A stretch of 63,634 nucleotides of DNA, filler included, from Folioceros fuciformis (lineage: Eukaryota): the NCBI GenBank assembly GCA_049999805.1. It is 9 parts of 9 records of this genome, joined end to end, with 100 filler letters (N's around TTAATTAATTAA, not from the genome) between each part and the next. Parts side by side here need not be neighbours in the genome. Positions count along the whole stretch, not along the records: positions 1 to 26,476 come from JBNGIO010006467.1; 8 more parts are not named here. One strand, written 5' to 3'. The notes under the pieces were generated by a model that was given only the letters and a program-made list of their open reading frames with translations, did not search any database and was not told the DNA's origin. Numbering within the stretch: the stretch's first letter is position 1; each line of letters begins with the position of its first letter. The position numbers and the translations under genes are program-made. Shown in pieces: positions 1 through 12,200 of this stretch.

Positions 1-64
1 TCACTTAAGCTAACCAAACGTGCCCTAAATATAATCAGCATATGTATACGAATACTCTTTAACA
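1..64 (-). repeat. 3' LTR (partial) of copia A
   Basis: Near-identical to 3561-3624, adjacent to the PPT. Confidence 0.9.
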
Positions 65-236
65 CTCCCACTTGCTGATAATGATTTAGGTGTACGTTCC
101 GATGCACGGTACAGCGCCGCTCAGTCCTCGTGAACGTTACTTCAACTACGTGTTACGTCCCAAAGACATCTGTACACAGTTGCGCTCCACGTTCTCCAGC
201 TGAGCATGATGAGTTCTGGTGGTGATNNNNNNNNNN

Positions 237-1948
237 GGCGTGTAGACAACTGTAAGCTGGCGTCCAATACCCTCAGTTAAACAATAGTCCTGAAACTCCT
301 TTGAGGTAAACTCTCCCCCGTTATCAGATCTTAGGGTTTTTAGTTGTTTTCCAGTCCACCTTTCAACATACTTGAGATATTCTTTAAAATAGCTGAAGCA
401 TTCACTCTTTTGCTTTAAGATATAGGTTGTTACAAACCTTGTCTTGTCATCTGTAAATGTCAGGAAATACTTGCCACCACCAATGGATTCTTGTGAGAGT
501 GGTCCACATAAGTCCGTATGAACAAGTTCCAGGACATCTGTAGCTCTGTGTGGTTCTTTGTTCTTAAAGGCTGCTTGATGCCGCTTTGAGAGAACACAAG
601 ACTCACATAAAGGAAGTGGCACCAGAGGACCTATCTGCCCATGCTGGTAAAGATCACTTACAGTTAATTTCTGTAATTTTGCTGAATGTGGGTGCCCTAA
701 TCGTAAATGCCATAGTTTTGACTTTTCTACTTGCTATGCAGATGCATGAGTAGCATCCTTGGTCAAATGAGAAAATAGTATACTTCTATCTGTATGTAGA
801 CGGAACAAGTCCTTCTTAGAAGACCCAAAGGCAAGTACTCTAGTATGATTAAAGGCATCTAATACTTGACATTCTGTTTGAGTAAAGAGAATGTCTAGGC
901 AAATATGGGCAGTAGCCCCTGTGTCTAAGTACCAATCTACGGTATACTTAACCTTTGTATTTGCTGACAAACAAGCAAGTGACAAGGATGAACTTGTGGC
1001 AAACACTGTTGTACCAACTGTGAGGGCAGAGGGGGTTGGTTGCTTCTTAACAACCATGTGAGTCTCACCACTGGTCGAACCCTCCTTGCGAGGTACACTA
1101 GCCTGCTTTTTCCTACACTCACGCTCCCAATGACCAGGTAATTTGCACCAGTTGCAAGTTCCTGTCCTTTTGGGTTTTCTCTGGCTGGTTCCACGTCCTT
1201 GTGAACCACCACCTCTCGAGGTACTGCCCCCACCCCTGTTATAGGGTCTTCCTCCTCCACGTCCTCTGTTGGATGTATAGAGGGCTTGCTGCTTACCAGC
1301 TCGTCTGTTGTAAGATTTGCTTGCTTCCTCTTGCAATAAGGTTCCCACTAACTCTGCAAAGCTAGTTTCTGGCAGGATTACACCTGCTGCCTTTGCAAGT
1401 TTCTCAGTCTGGAGTCTCGAGGCATTGAAGGAGGTCACAAAATGTGACCAAGAGTCTGGAAAGGATATGAGGAAGTAAAGTATTAGTGTATCATCTTTAA
1501 CAACCTCGTTTGAAGCACTTTCAAGTCTGGACACAAGTGTCCTAAAGTGTCCAAGGTGCTTTTCGATTGATTCTCCTTCTCTCATTTTACATAATTGTAA
1601 ATTTCTCAAAGCTGTCATTTGACTTGTTTGGTTGCTGCCTGCATACAGGTCTTGAAGTCTTATCCATATTTCTGCTGAGGTTGTACATCCTGAAGTCTGT
1701 CTTAACATCTCTGAGGTAAGACCACTCTTGATGAGGAACATAGCTGCCTCATCCTTTGCATCCCATGCATCAATTAACTTTTTCTCAGCAGCTGTAGGTA
1801 ACGTGGGAGGTGTGGGGGTCACTGGGGCCTTCTCTTCCCCAGTGACTACCTTCCACAACTTCCTATTTTGTAAGGCCCCTTTCATGCGGATTACCCATAT
1901 GTCGTAATCCTGACCTCCAAACTAATGGAAGATAGTGTATTGAATCAT
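237..1948 (-). pseudogene. copia A gag-protease-integrase, with in-frame stops
   Basis: UBN2-like gag, CCHC knuckle CNWCKLPGHWEREC, protease WYLDTGAT, integrase HTDLCGP...LRSDNGGEF. TAG stops near 1922 and at 734. Confidence 0.9.
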
Positions 1949-2309
1949 TGCTTAGGGTTTCGTTTCATATGTAGCTAGTGTGAATAGGGATATGGTTTTC
2001 ATTTTAGCTACTTGTCGCTTCGCTAGGGTTGTGTCTCTAGCTAAAGGTCATGTCCTTTCAACAGCTAGTTNNNNNNNNNNTAATTACTTAAATGTAATTG
2101 ATTTACACCTTCTTATTAATTTTGTCACAAACCTATCTTTCTCCTTGAACCCTTCCCCACCCAAGCTAGATGAGGTATCTACTGCAGATGCCATTTTACC
2201 CCTTTGGTATTTTTGGGTTAGCTACTCCCAAAATTACTAAGATTCGGTGATGGCTTTGCAAGGGTTAGAAGACTAAAGACTTCAAACATGTAATGCACAT
2301 GCAGCTCAG

Positions 2310-3053
2310 TTACAGTATGTTGACAGCATCAGGGAGTCTGTCAGCTACAGGTCTAGCTTCTGACTCTTGTTGTTGAATTCCGTTTCTGATTTTCTGATTT
2401 CTAATCTCCCACTTATTGTAAGCATATATAGAGCAGGATGGACAAGAATTAGGACTTCCAAACATATGTTTTTTACTTGTTTTCGTTGCATGCTTGCAGG
2501 CTACACCTCTGTGTACAGGGTTAGCAAGCAAAGATGGTTTTAACAAGGTAAGAAGCTTGAAATCCAAGTGACTTATCTGCTCTTGCAAATCTCTCAAGTC
2601 TACATTATTAGTAGATACCTTGTGCATGATACTGCTAAAGCGTGTGTCCACATGTTGCTGATGTGACTCAATCCTGTTCACTAACTGTGCAACACTGGCA
2701 GGTGGAGAGACATGCGTTGTTAGAAAACCTCTAGGGTTACCATTCCCATCAAAGGCTCTCTGAACGCGAACTTCTGGGAGATTGTTAGGATTGCGGGGTG
2801 GAAGGGCAATCACCAAGTGGCGCTGTTCAGGATAAATCACTTCAATCAAAGTATTGAAAGATTCCCTTACTTCAAGTGCAAGGACAGGCTGGTCTTGTAT
2901 TGTAGCAATCCATTCGGTCACATGTTGATGAAGCTAACCAGCAACTGCGTTCCTTGCAGCTTGTGCTCCTTGCCTCTTGCGGCGATTTTGAAGTTGTGGA
3001 ATCCGCTCAGCAGGGCGAGGCTGCCACTGGTACCCGACCAATTGATTGGCCAT
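2310..3053 (-). CDS. extra ORF between PBS and gag of copia A (basic N-terminus, coiled coil, Cys/His cluster), one in-frame TAG
   Basis: ATG at 3053 is in frame with the 203-aa track ORF, interrupted only by a TAG at 2934-2936. Confidence 0.6.
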
Positions 3054-3377
3054 TTGTGTTGTTAAATGTTCATTGTATTTATATAAATATGTCTAACAAT
3101 CTACCTGTAGATTAGGTAGTTGTCTTAGCGCATATCTCCTGAGATTGCTTTAAAAAGCAATCCAGGACAAATGCGCCAGGATCACTTCCTTAATTTGCCA
3201 GGAATTCTTGGATTTTTATATAAATAAACAACACAAAATATGTTCTTTAAAACTTTTGTTTTCTTATCAAGAAAACATTTTTCTAAATCAAAAGAATAAC
3301 AAAACTTTACGTAAATGCATTCGTTTTAAATGCATTCTGTAATATGCATCAAATAACATGAAGATTGCATATAACCT

Positions 3378-3389
3378 GCTCTGATACCA
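3378..3389 (-). promoter_or_regulatory. primer-binding site, tRNA-iMet
   Basis: TGGTATCAGAGC next to the LTR end. Confidence 0.95.
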
Positions 3390-3393
3390 TTTT

Positions 3394-3624
3394 TGATTAA
3401 ATGAATATGCAGATTAAATCAACATGTTGATCAATTACATCTGAAAATGTATATTAAAGAACATTGAATAATAATTTCTAAAAGTAAGTTTTTTTTAAAT
3501 AAACTCAAAAGACACGTCTAATAGGCGTAACCCTAACCAAGCGTTGTGACCTTATTAATCTCACTTAAGCTAACCAAACGTGCCCTAAATATAATTAGCA
3601 TATGTATGCGAATACTCTTTAACA
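3394..3624 (-). repeat. 5' LTR of copia A
   Basis: TGTTAAAG...TCA termini, adjacent PBS, match to 1-64. Confidence 0.9.
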
Positions 3625-3629
3625 CTACT

Positions 3630-4245
3630 CATGTCGTAAATTTCATCATTACCTCCTCTCCTATGAGTTTGTCTTCCATGTTGATCATTTTGCTCTCAAG
3701 CACCTGGTCAACAAGGCAGACCTATCAGGCCGAATAGCCCGCTAGATTTTGCTCCTACAGGAGTTCACATTCATTGTGGAAACAAGAGAAGGGCGCAGAC
3801 ATGTGAATGCTGATTTCCTATCAAGGCTGAAGATGGAGAAGGTGGTTCAGGACCAGGAAGATGATTTTCCGGATGAGGCATTTTCAGCAGAGCTAGTGGG
3901 GAAGGAGAGGGCCAAACCAAATGCTAGGCTGCCAAGAGATGAAGGTACGGCGCCGAATGAGAAGGGGAGAAGGGGAGTCCGAAATCCTTCTTACCAAGAG
4001 GTATCTGATTTTTTAGGCACGGGGGAGTTTCCAGCTGATCTCTCACGGCAGCAGCAACGGCTATTCCTCTATTTCACAAGGCTAGTCGTTAAGCACAAGG
4101 GCAGGCTGTATCACACAGGAGCTGATGGGGTGGAGCGTTTGTGGGTCAACCCTGACCAAGTGGAGCAGGTTATCAGCTCCTTGCATGAGGGAGAGGCTGG
4201 AGGCTATTATGCAGCCCATGTAACCTGCAGAACAATTCTCACGTG
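3630..4245 (+). pseudogene. Ty3/gypsy RNase H C-terminus to integrase N-terminus fragment
   Basis: DHFALKHLVNKADLSGRIAR*ILLLQEF...NADFLSRL, then an LHEGEAGG integrase-like stretch. Confidence 0.85.
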
Positions 4246-6739
4246 AGTGTGTTTGGTTTCTTGGATTGTTCCCTTTTTCTCTTTTTGTGTGTGTTTCTTC
4301 TTTTTCTTAGGGTTCTTTATTGTCTCTTCTCTTTCTAATATGTTTGACCTAAGTGCTTTTTTCCTTCTTCCATTGTTTCTATTGTGTTTCCTCTTAGAGT
4401 TTTATTTGTTTTGGTTTTTTTTTTTTTTCGAGCTATTCTTTCTCTCCTTCTTTTGAGGGTTTTATTGTTTGATTGTCGTAATCCTAATCTTTCTCTTAAT
4501 TTTCATCTTCATCTTCATGTTGTTCTTCTTCTTCATGGTGAATCTATTTCGTGCTTGATTGTTTGTTTTTGTTTTCATTTTGTTTTCTACTTTATATTTT
4601 GTTCTATGCTTTGAATTGATCTTATTGCTTTATCTTATTGTTTTATGTCTTTATCTTTATAGATCGATAATTGAACTTTTATGAACATCAAATTATTAAA
4701 CTCAAAAGGAGATCCCTTCAATAATTCAATTATGAGAGAAGTCTATAAATCAAATCTATTCTATTTCATGAAAAATGCAAGCCTCTAAGTCAGAAGCCCT
4801 GAAAGGGCATGCAAACATGCTACGTATGGATGACTTGAGACACTTGATCAATCTAAAGAAATAAGAAAAGGAATGCGCTTTACAATTACACAGCCCAAAA
4901 GAAAAAGGGCCTATGAACTCCTTAAGTCTGCATAAACTAATTAAGCTCAATAAAAAACAAAGAAAATCTAATATAAAAGCAAAGCTCAATAAAGAGCAAG
5001 CAAACTATATAATAAGAAACAACCTTAATAAAAATAATGTTAATGATCAAAGTCTTGATGACTTGATCAAGCTTAATAAAATGCAAGTAAGACGCGGTGC
5101 TCGACAATACCATAATGAACAAAAATAAGCAAATCCTGCTAAGGAACAAATATCCTTAGAGCGAGTCTTCAGACGTGGAAATAATAGAGCAGGAAGACGA
5201 AATGCACCCTACTCAGCATCCAAGGTTCGTAACTAGCCACTTTCCTATGTCATGTTAGGTGAATAAGTATGTAAGGCAACTTGTACATTGCATATTTTAT
5301 GCTACCTTGTGTGACACATTGTGGTATATCATGTTAGGTGCATAAGTACATAGCGCAGCTTGTACATTGCATATTTTATGCTGCCTTGCACTGTGTTGTG
5401 TTGTGTGCTTGCGGATGCACATACATGTGATTGACATGTTTGCACTTCAAAGTTCACTCTTGGATTTTATAATATATTCATGTTCTTGTCTCATAATGCA
5501 AGTTCAAGTTTGTGGCAATGCGGTTATGTGCATAAGCAAGCGCTCACCTTGACTTTGTTGCAACGGGTTATTGTGCTTCTTTTTCTTACAGGATAAAATC
5601 AAAGAAAATAATTATAACAAAATTGATCTAAATGAGAGTGTGGCACCACACAAAAAACAAAAGGAAAAGCCTTCTAGCATTTTACGGTGTTGCCGCGACA
5701 ATCGGCGTATGCGTGAAATCGTAAATGCAAAGAAAAGAAAAGAAAATGAAATGATATGGACTTCATTGATGAAGGGCACTGCGGTAGGAAGGCAAGATGC
5801 GATGCCGTCGACCTGCAACGTCATGATGTAATAGCAAGTCATGCAATTGAGGACTTCATTTCAAAATTTGGATCCATGCAAATTTAAAACTAAAACAATA
5901 TCTCATAAAATCCTATTCTTTTTTTTTTTTCTCTCTCTCATGGAAGAACTCATTTTTTTTCCTTCTATGAGTTCTTTTATCTAAAATATTTTTAATGTAA
6001 AATTAATCTTTATTTCTTTTAATCTTAAACTACTTTTTATTTATAAGTACTAAGAGTTTTCCAAATTTTTAAAATCATGCAAATTACTTCCAAAAATTAG
6101 TTGCCTAAAAATGGTCCAAACACACCACCGATTACGATTATTTGGATCCAATTGATAGAGTTTTCTCAATCTTCTACGTCTTTTTCTTTCGCTTAGCATC
6201 CCTCGAACATGTATGGGTTGTCATACTTGCATGAAATTGACATCATAATCAAAATTTATCATCCATGCTTGATAATATCAATACCATGTCAGGCACTACT
6301 CTCGTATGTTATGTGGCTATTCTCGGGAGATCACAAGACTAGTACTAGATTAGCTACTCATTTTGAGGGGTTGTTATTCAGCCCGATGCATGCTACGTTT
6401 GTTTATCTTCGAGTAGCATGCCATCACGAGGGACTGGTGCATGAGTTTAGGGTTGCCCTACATATATACCCTAAACCCCCTCTCTTTCTCTCTCTCTATA
6501 TATATATATATATATAGATCATGTGAAAGGTTTAAAAAAATACTTCAAAGTATTTAAAAAATAAATAAAAAATGAATGCCCTAAATGAATTTGAAACCCT
6601 AATTGATAGACATATCAAGTACATGACCATCACCATTATAAAATGAATTTGAAACCCTAATTGATAGACATACGAAGTAATGACCATGACCATTATAAAT
6701 TAACTATAAATTAGCCTGAGCATTCTTAGCTAATCTAGC
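4246..6739. repeat. AT-rich dispersed repeat (unclassified DNA transposon-like), present again in inverted orientation at 16170-17075
   Basis: About 4246-4590, 5710-5990 and 6515-6739 are reverse-complement matches of about 16172-16533, 16860-17075 and 16685-16845. Confidence 0.75.
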
Positions 6740-6847
6740 CAATTACGTCCAAGGAACATGTTTGTGGTAGTCTATGTTTATTGTGTACATGTCATACGTC
6801 ACATGCATTGTACAAGTCGCAGTCTCGCCACATAGACTGCTAGTTGT

Positions 6848-8498
6848 GCCTACACATTGACACCTGATGGAAGTTAATGCCTGCCACAGCCCGTGCGGTA
6901 CGGCTGTGCGAGGCCTTACCGCGCCATTTCGTTTGGCCCAACGACGTGGCCTTACCATTACCAGTTCTCATGCTCCGTCCCGTGAGTTGAACTCGGTCTT
7001 ATAGTGTGCAATTTTGCGATGGTAAACCATGCGTGCATGAACCATGTGCGAATCACGCGATAATAAACCATGCGCTTATCAACCTGTAGAGTTTCCCAGT
7101 TACGATGAACTTAATGTGTTGAGAGCGGAAGGAACGCTAATGGAACGCTGGCTTTGAGAGCGCGTTCATCTTTTGTCTTGCCGTTTCCTCTAGAAGAGTT
7201 CATTGCTTGTCTATCGTACCTCGATGGAAAGCTTACAACAAGACGGAAAAGCTGGTGTAAAGAACGCTCGGTTTCAATGAAAGGTGACAGAAATATGAGC
7301 AAAGGAAGCCTTTGAAAGGCATGCCATCTATTTCTCTACCCGCTTTGTCCAAATGAGTCAAATGCTTTCTTATCATACTTCAATGGAAAGCTTACAACAA
7401 GACGGACAAGCCGGTATGAAGCACGCTAGGTTACGATGAAAGAAGACAGAGATATGAGCGAAAGACGCCTTTGAAAGGCATGTCATCTTTTTGTCTACCC
7501 GCTTTCTCCAGATGAGTCAAATGCTTTCTTTATCAGTTTTCGATGGAAAGCGTACAACATGACGGACACGTCGGTGTGCAGCACGCCTGGTTTCGATCAA
7601 AGATGAAGGAGATATGAACCGAAGAATTTTTTGAAAGGCAGTTCATATTTTGTCTACCCGCTGTCTCCAGAGGAGTCAAATGCTCCCCTATCATACATCG
7701 ATGAAAAGCTTACAACGAGACGGACAAGCCGGTATGCAAGCTACTTGGCTTTGATCAAGGACAATAGAGCTACTACGGAAAGTTGCCTTTGAAACAATGG
7801 TCATAGTTTCCAAGTCACTACTTTTTTTTCTTCTTCCTTGGTTGGCACTTCATCAAACCCTCTTAACTGTTGCAAAATGTCTGAACCTTCTTTGCGCTCA
7901 TACCAGCTACAAAGTCCACCACTCTGTCCATTAAGATGTGAGCAACACGAATCATCCGCTGATGCCCATGTGCCCATTTCGAATGGCTCTGAGAGGAGCA
8001 CACCCACTCCAAATCTGCAGCTGAGAAGTGTCCAGGTTCAGGCAATTGCACCACGAATGGTGTATCCCGAGGCCGCTCCTCAAAATTTTTGCACTCGGTA
8101 TAATCCATGTACACTAAGCTCAATCAAAGCTGCCATTGACAAGTAAGATCATCGGCCTAATCTGAACCCCTTTGGTCAGCGTAAGCGGAAACTTTGAACA
8201 TAGCAAACTTGAATTTGGGCAAATGAACATTAGGGTTAATGGTGGGTGCCACGAAGCTGGGTATTGTAAGCCTAATGGGCGTATGGTTTACTATGGCGTG
8301 ATGCCCGCACCGCCACACCGCGCGGAATAGCCTGTTGGTGTCCACCACGGGTTCAGCTCACGGACGGAGGATGAGAACTGGTAAGGCCGCGTCGTTGGGC
8401 GAAACGGAATGGCTTTTGGCACCCGCCGTAAGGCCTGGCACAACCGTACGGCACGGGCTGTGGCAGGCATTAACTTCCATCGGTATCGATGTGTAGGC
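6848..8498. mobile_element. non-autonomous Mutator-like element (MULE)
   Basis: ~150-bp imperfect TIRs at 6848-6996 and 8346-8498. 9-bp TSD GCTAGTTGT (6839-6847) / GCTGGTTGT (8499-8507) with one mismatch. Confidence 0.75.
7130..7800. repeat. diverged tandem repeat, ~159-bp unit, ~4 copies
   Basis: An ATGGAAAGCTTACAAC-like anchor recurs at 7224, 7383, 7543 and 7701. Confidence 0.9.
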
Positions 8499-9240
8499 GC
8501 TGGTTGTGGCGTGTACATGTATAGCACCTTTGAAATTATGTAGTTCCCTCTGTGCTGGCTGCCCGTTCCGTCGCAATGCTGCCGTCCTTGATTTTTCCAC
8601 GGTCGTCATGACTACGCTGCACTTTCACTCGTGCGGGGGCGCGGTGGCGGTGAGACGTAGATTCTCTCTTTAGTGAAGGGTGGCGGCTGCTGTATCCTTT
8701 CGCAGCCACCTGTGTCATCAAGTGGACTGAGACAACACACTTTACTGCTGTGAGAGAAAGCGGCAAGCTGTCTACGAACGGGTGCGCGGCTGAGCCCAAT
8801 GCAAATTTCAGACGACACAGCCAGCCAAGCTGCCATGGGAGACTGTCACCTTCTTCTTCCTTGTCAGCCCAGAATTGCCGCACCCTTTCGTCTCTCCTTC
8901 TCTTCCTACGAAATCTTGCGGCACCAACTTCACAGGCTCGCATCACACTAACCTCCTCCTCGCAGCTTGTGCTTCTACAAATTGCCTCTTTCGGCAGCAG
9001 CTGGTTTCAATTTTCGGGGTCTGGGTAGCCTGGCCTGGCACTAATGCTTGCAGTTGCATTTGCACTCGTTTCCAGTTAGGACGTATTCAGAGTGTTTTGG
9101 GCGTGCGTGCCTCAGCCTCTGCCTGCTGGCAAGGGGGCAGTTTGTTTCTGGGAGGCTGCTCTTGCAGCTGGCTGTGACTATGGCTGTTGCTGTGAGCCCA
9201 ATCTGAAAGTGCTCGTTGTGGACTCGAATTGACGGGTGAG

Positions 9241-12200
9241 ATGTCTTCCATGAGGAGAGGCGTAGGCCACAAAGCCTCGGGTGCAGCAGTCTCTGTGTGT
9301 GGGGAAGGGGACGCGGTTGCGGCCGATGTTGAGGTCTCGGCCTCTCACTCTGATAGCTGCAGGCAGGCAGCATCTGCAGGCGGCGACGGTGAAGTGGTGT
9401 CAGTCGCGCCGCCGTTTTGTCATGCTGAGGTCTCGGACGAGCCTCCCGGCCCGGCTCCGCCTGCTGCTGCTTCCACCCGGCACTCTGGCGATCTCAGGTT
9501 CTCGGCTACGCCCTCGAACTTGGTGCCAAGAAGTGTTGGCGCGGCCATGCATGCCGATGCCGGGGCTGGGGCTGGTGGTGTAAGCGCGGCCCAGGGAGCG
9601 GATGGCAAATTTAGTCTGAAGCGAAGGAGGGATGACGCTAACCATGCGGAGAGGGATTGCTTGGGAGCCGCTCTCTTCCAGCAGCAAGGTTTGCAGCAGG
9701 GGGCGAGGAAGGAGAGCATTTCCGCCAAGCTTGTAACCAGCAGCAACGCGGGGGGAGGCATGGAGGACTATTATAAGAAGAAGCTGCAGGCGTTGCAAAA
9801 GAAGTTCCAGGTGGAGCTCAAGGTGAAGGACCGAATGCACGACATGACCGAGGCCTCGCTGCAGGGGGTGAGCAGCCAGCTGGAGAGCCTGCAGTCGGTG
9901 CATGCGGACGCCGTGGAGGAGCTGGCCTCCCTCAGCCGCCACCACCGGGACCTTCAGGCGCAGCTGGACTCACCCGCAGCCGTCGAGGAGCAGCAAGACA
10001 GGCTCGTCGCCCGGTTGCAGGCGGTGGTGGAGGAGCAGGAGCAGGCCCGGGGCTGCGCGGAGCGCAAGTGCCAGCAGCTCATCTGTGAGCTGCAAGGCAA
10101 GGACCGGGAGCTCAGCATGAAGCTCAAGGAGGTCCTGGCGGGGAAGAGCTTCAAGTGGAAGGACATGGTGGCCAAGGAGAAGAAGAAGCAGAAGAAGGCC
10201 ATCACGGCTCTGGAGAGCGAGTTGCAAAAGAGCAAGGCTCTGGCGATTGGTGCCAATTCCAAGCTCAAGGCCGCGCAGCAGAAGCTGGAGGAGACCGGGC
10301 AGGCGCTGGATGTGGCGCGGGCCGGGCTCAAGGCGGGGGCGAAGGCGGAGAAGCAGGTGAAGGCGTTGAAGCTTTCGCACGAGAAGGAAAGGGCGTCGCT
10401 CAAGGCGGCCAAGGAGGAGCTGCTGCTGCTCCGAAAGCAGATGCAAGCGTATGAGAAGAGCCAGGATGAGAGAGCTGCGGATTTGAAGAAGGAGCACGAT
10501 CAGGAGCTGGCTGGACTGCAAAAATTGCACAGCGACGAGTGTAATTCTCTCCGGGAGGAGCTGCAGAGCTCGAGAAGGATGCATGAGGTGACGCTGGCGT
10601 CATTTCTGCACACTAAGGAGGGGGAGTTCTTGAACCTGCGGCAGGAGAGTGGGCAGAGAGTTGCGTTGCTGGTCAAAGAACATGAGAAAGGCACGGCCGA
10701 GCTGCAGGCTGCGCACAGGGTGGAAGTGGAGGCGATGATGGGGCGCCTAAAGAAGGCGGAGGATAAGCTGCTCGAGACTCTGACTCTGCTGGCGGATAGG
10801 ACGCTGGCGGATGATGAAACGCAATCGAAGGTGAAGATGTATGAGACGCAGCTGGGGGTGCTGGGCAGAGAAATGCAGGAGGCGCAAAACTTGCAGAAGC
10901 GGAGCGATGAGCACGTGGCGGCTTTGCAGAAGCGGATTGTGACCCTTGAGAAGGACATTGAACGGCTGGAGGCCGTGCTGGATCAGAGGGATGAGATTTT
11001 GCGAAACCATGACAGGGTGGGAGTGCTGTGGCAGGCTGCGATTGAGGAAGCTCAGAATGCCATCGCCGAGGTCAGGGAGTCGGCGGCTAAGACGGGACCT
11101 TCAGTTCACATGCTTCACATTCGACTGTCTTCTCTGCAACGGGAGAATGAGGAGCTCAAGTCTCAGCTGGAATTCTCTGGCCCGCTGAAAGAGGTGCTGG
11201 CGTCAGTGACCAAGCAGAAGGAAGATTTAGAAGCTGCTCTAGAATCGGCTGTGACAAAGTGGAAGACGCTGGAGTGGACTGTGAGACGGCATGAGGAGGC
11301 CCTGGCGTCCACCGAGGAGAAGCTTCTATCCCTAGAGAACGAGAATGAAGACCTAAAAGCTCGGATGTCCCAAGAGACTCTCTCTGGCCATGAGCCGAAG
11401 GATGATTCTCCTGACCCTGAAGCAAGTCCTGCGTCCGTTACGGAGGACACTTCAATGGAGGTTCCGGACAGTGAAGATGAGGATGAAGAGTATTTTGTAG
11501 AGGTTAATTATGATTCGCACGCTACCTTGGAGTCCCCGGGAGGTGCTCAGTCAATCTCAGTAGCAGGGAGGGACGTCGCAGATATCAAATTGGTTGGGGA
11601 AGGATTCGATCCCTCCATCTCAGATGTTGGAGGAGTTTCAGCAGGCTCTGTTTGTTCTGTCTTAGAAATTGAAGTGGATGCATTAGGTTCCGTTCCTTCA
11701 ACCTCAGACAGTGGAGCGGTTGCTGCAGGTTCTGTTCCGTCCTCCGCAGATCTGGGAGCAGTTGCAGCTGGGTTTGTTACTTCTACCTCTGATATTGGTG
11801 TAGTTGCAACAAGCTCTGTTCCTTACGCCTCAGATTTGGGATCAGCTGCAGCTTGGTCTTTTCCTTCCACCTCAGATATTGTATCAGTTGCAGTTGTGTC
11901 TGTTCTTTCCACCTTAGATGCTGGAGTAGTTGCAGCAGGCTCTTCCCCTTCCACCACAGATATTGGAGCAGTTGTAGCAAACTCAGTTGCAGCAGGCTCG
12001 GTCCCTTCCTCCCCAGATATTGGAGTAGCTGCAGCGTGCTCTGTCCCTTCCAGCTCAGATATCGGATTAGTTGCAGCAGGCTCTGTCCCTTCTATCTCAC
12101 ATCTCGGAGAAGTTGCAGCAAGCACTGTCCCTTCCACCTCAGATATTGGAGTCGCTGCAGCTGGCTCTGTTCCTTCCATCTCACATCTCGGAGAAGTTGC

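Larger units (their letters stand above)
1..3624 (-). mobile_element. Ty1/copia LTR retrotransposon A (RT/RNase H absent or lost in the N gap at 227-236)
   Basis: 5' LTR 3394-3624 (TG...CA on minus). Its start is repeated at 1-64, preceded on minus by PPT AAGTGGGAG (65-73). PBS TGGTATCAGAGC at 3378-3389. Order is gag, protease, integrase. Confidence 0.92.

Noticed and set aside
4247-4614. Phe/Leu-rich 'membrane protein' ORFs (also 16321-16608)
   Set aside because: Artefact of T-rich low-complexity repeat sequence
7130-7800. 159-bp unit as a 53-aa coding repeat
   Set aside because: The frames I read contain stops, and spacing varies from 158 to 160 bp
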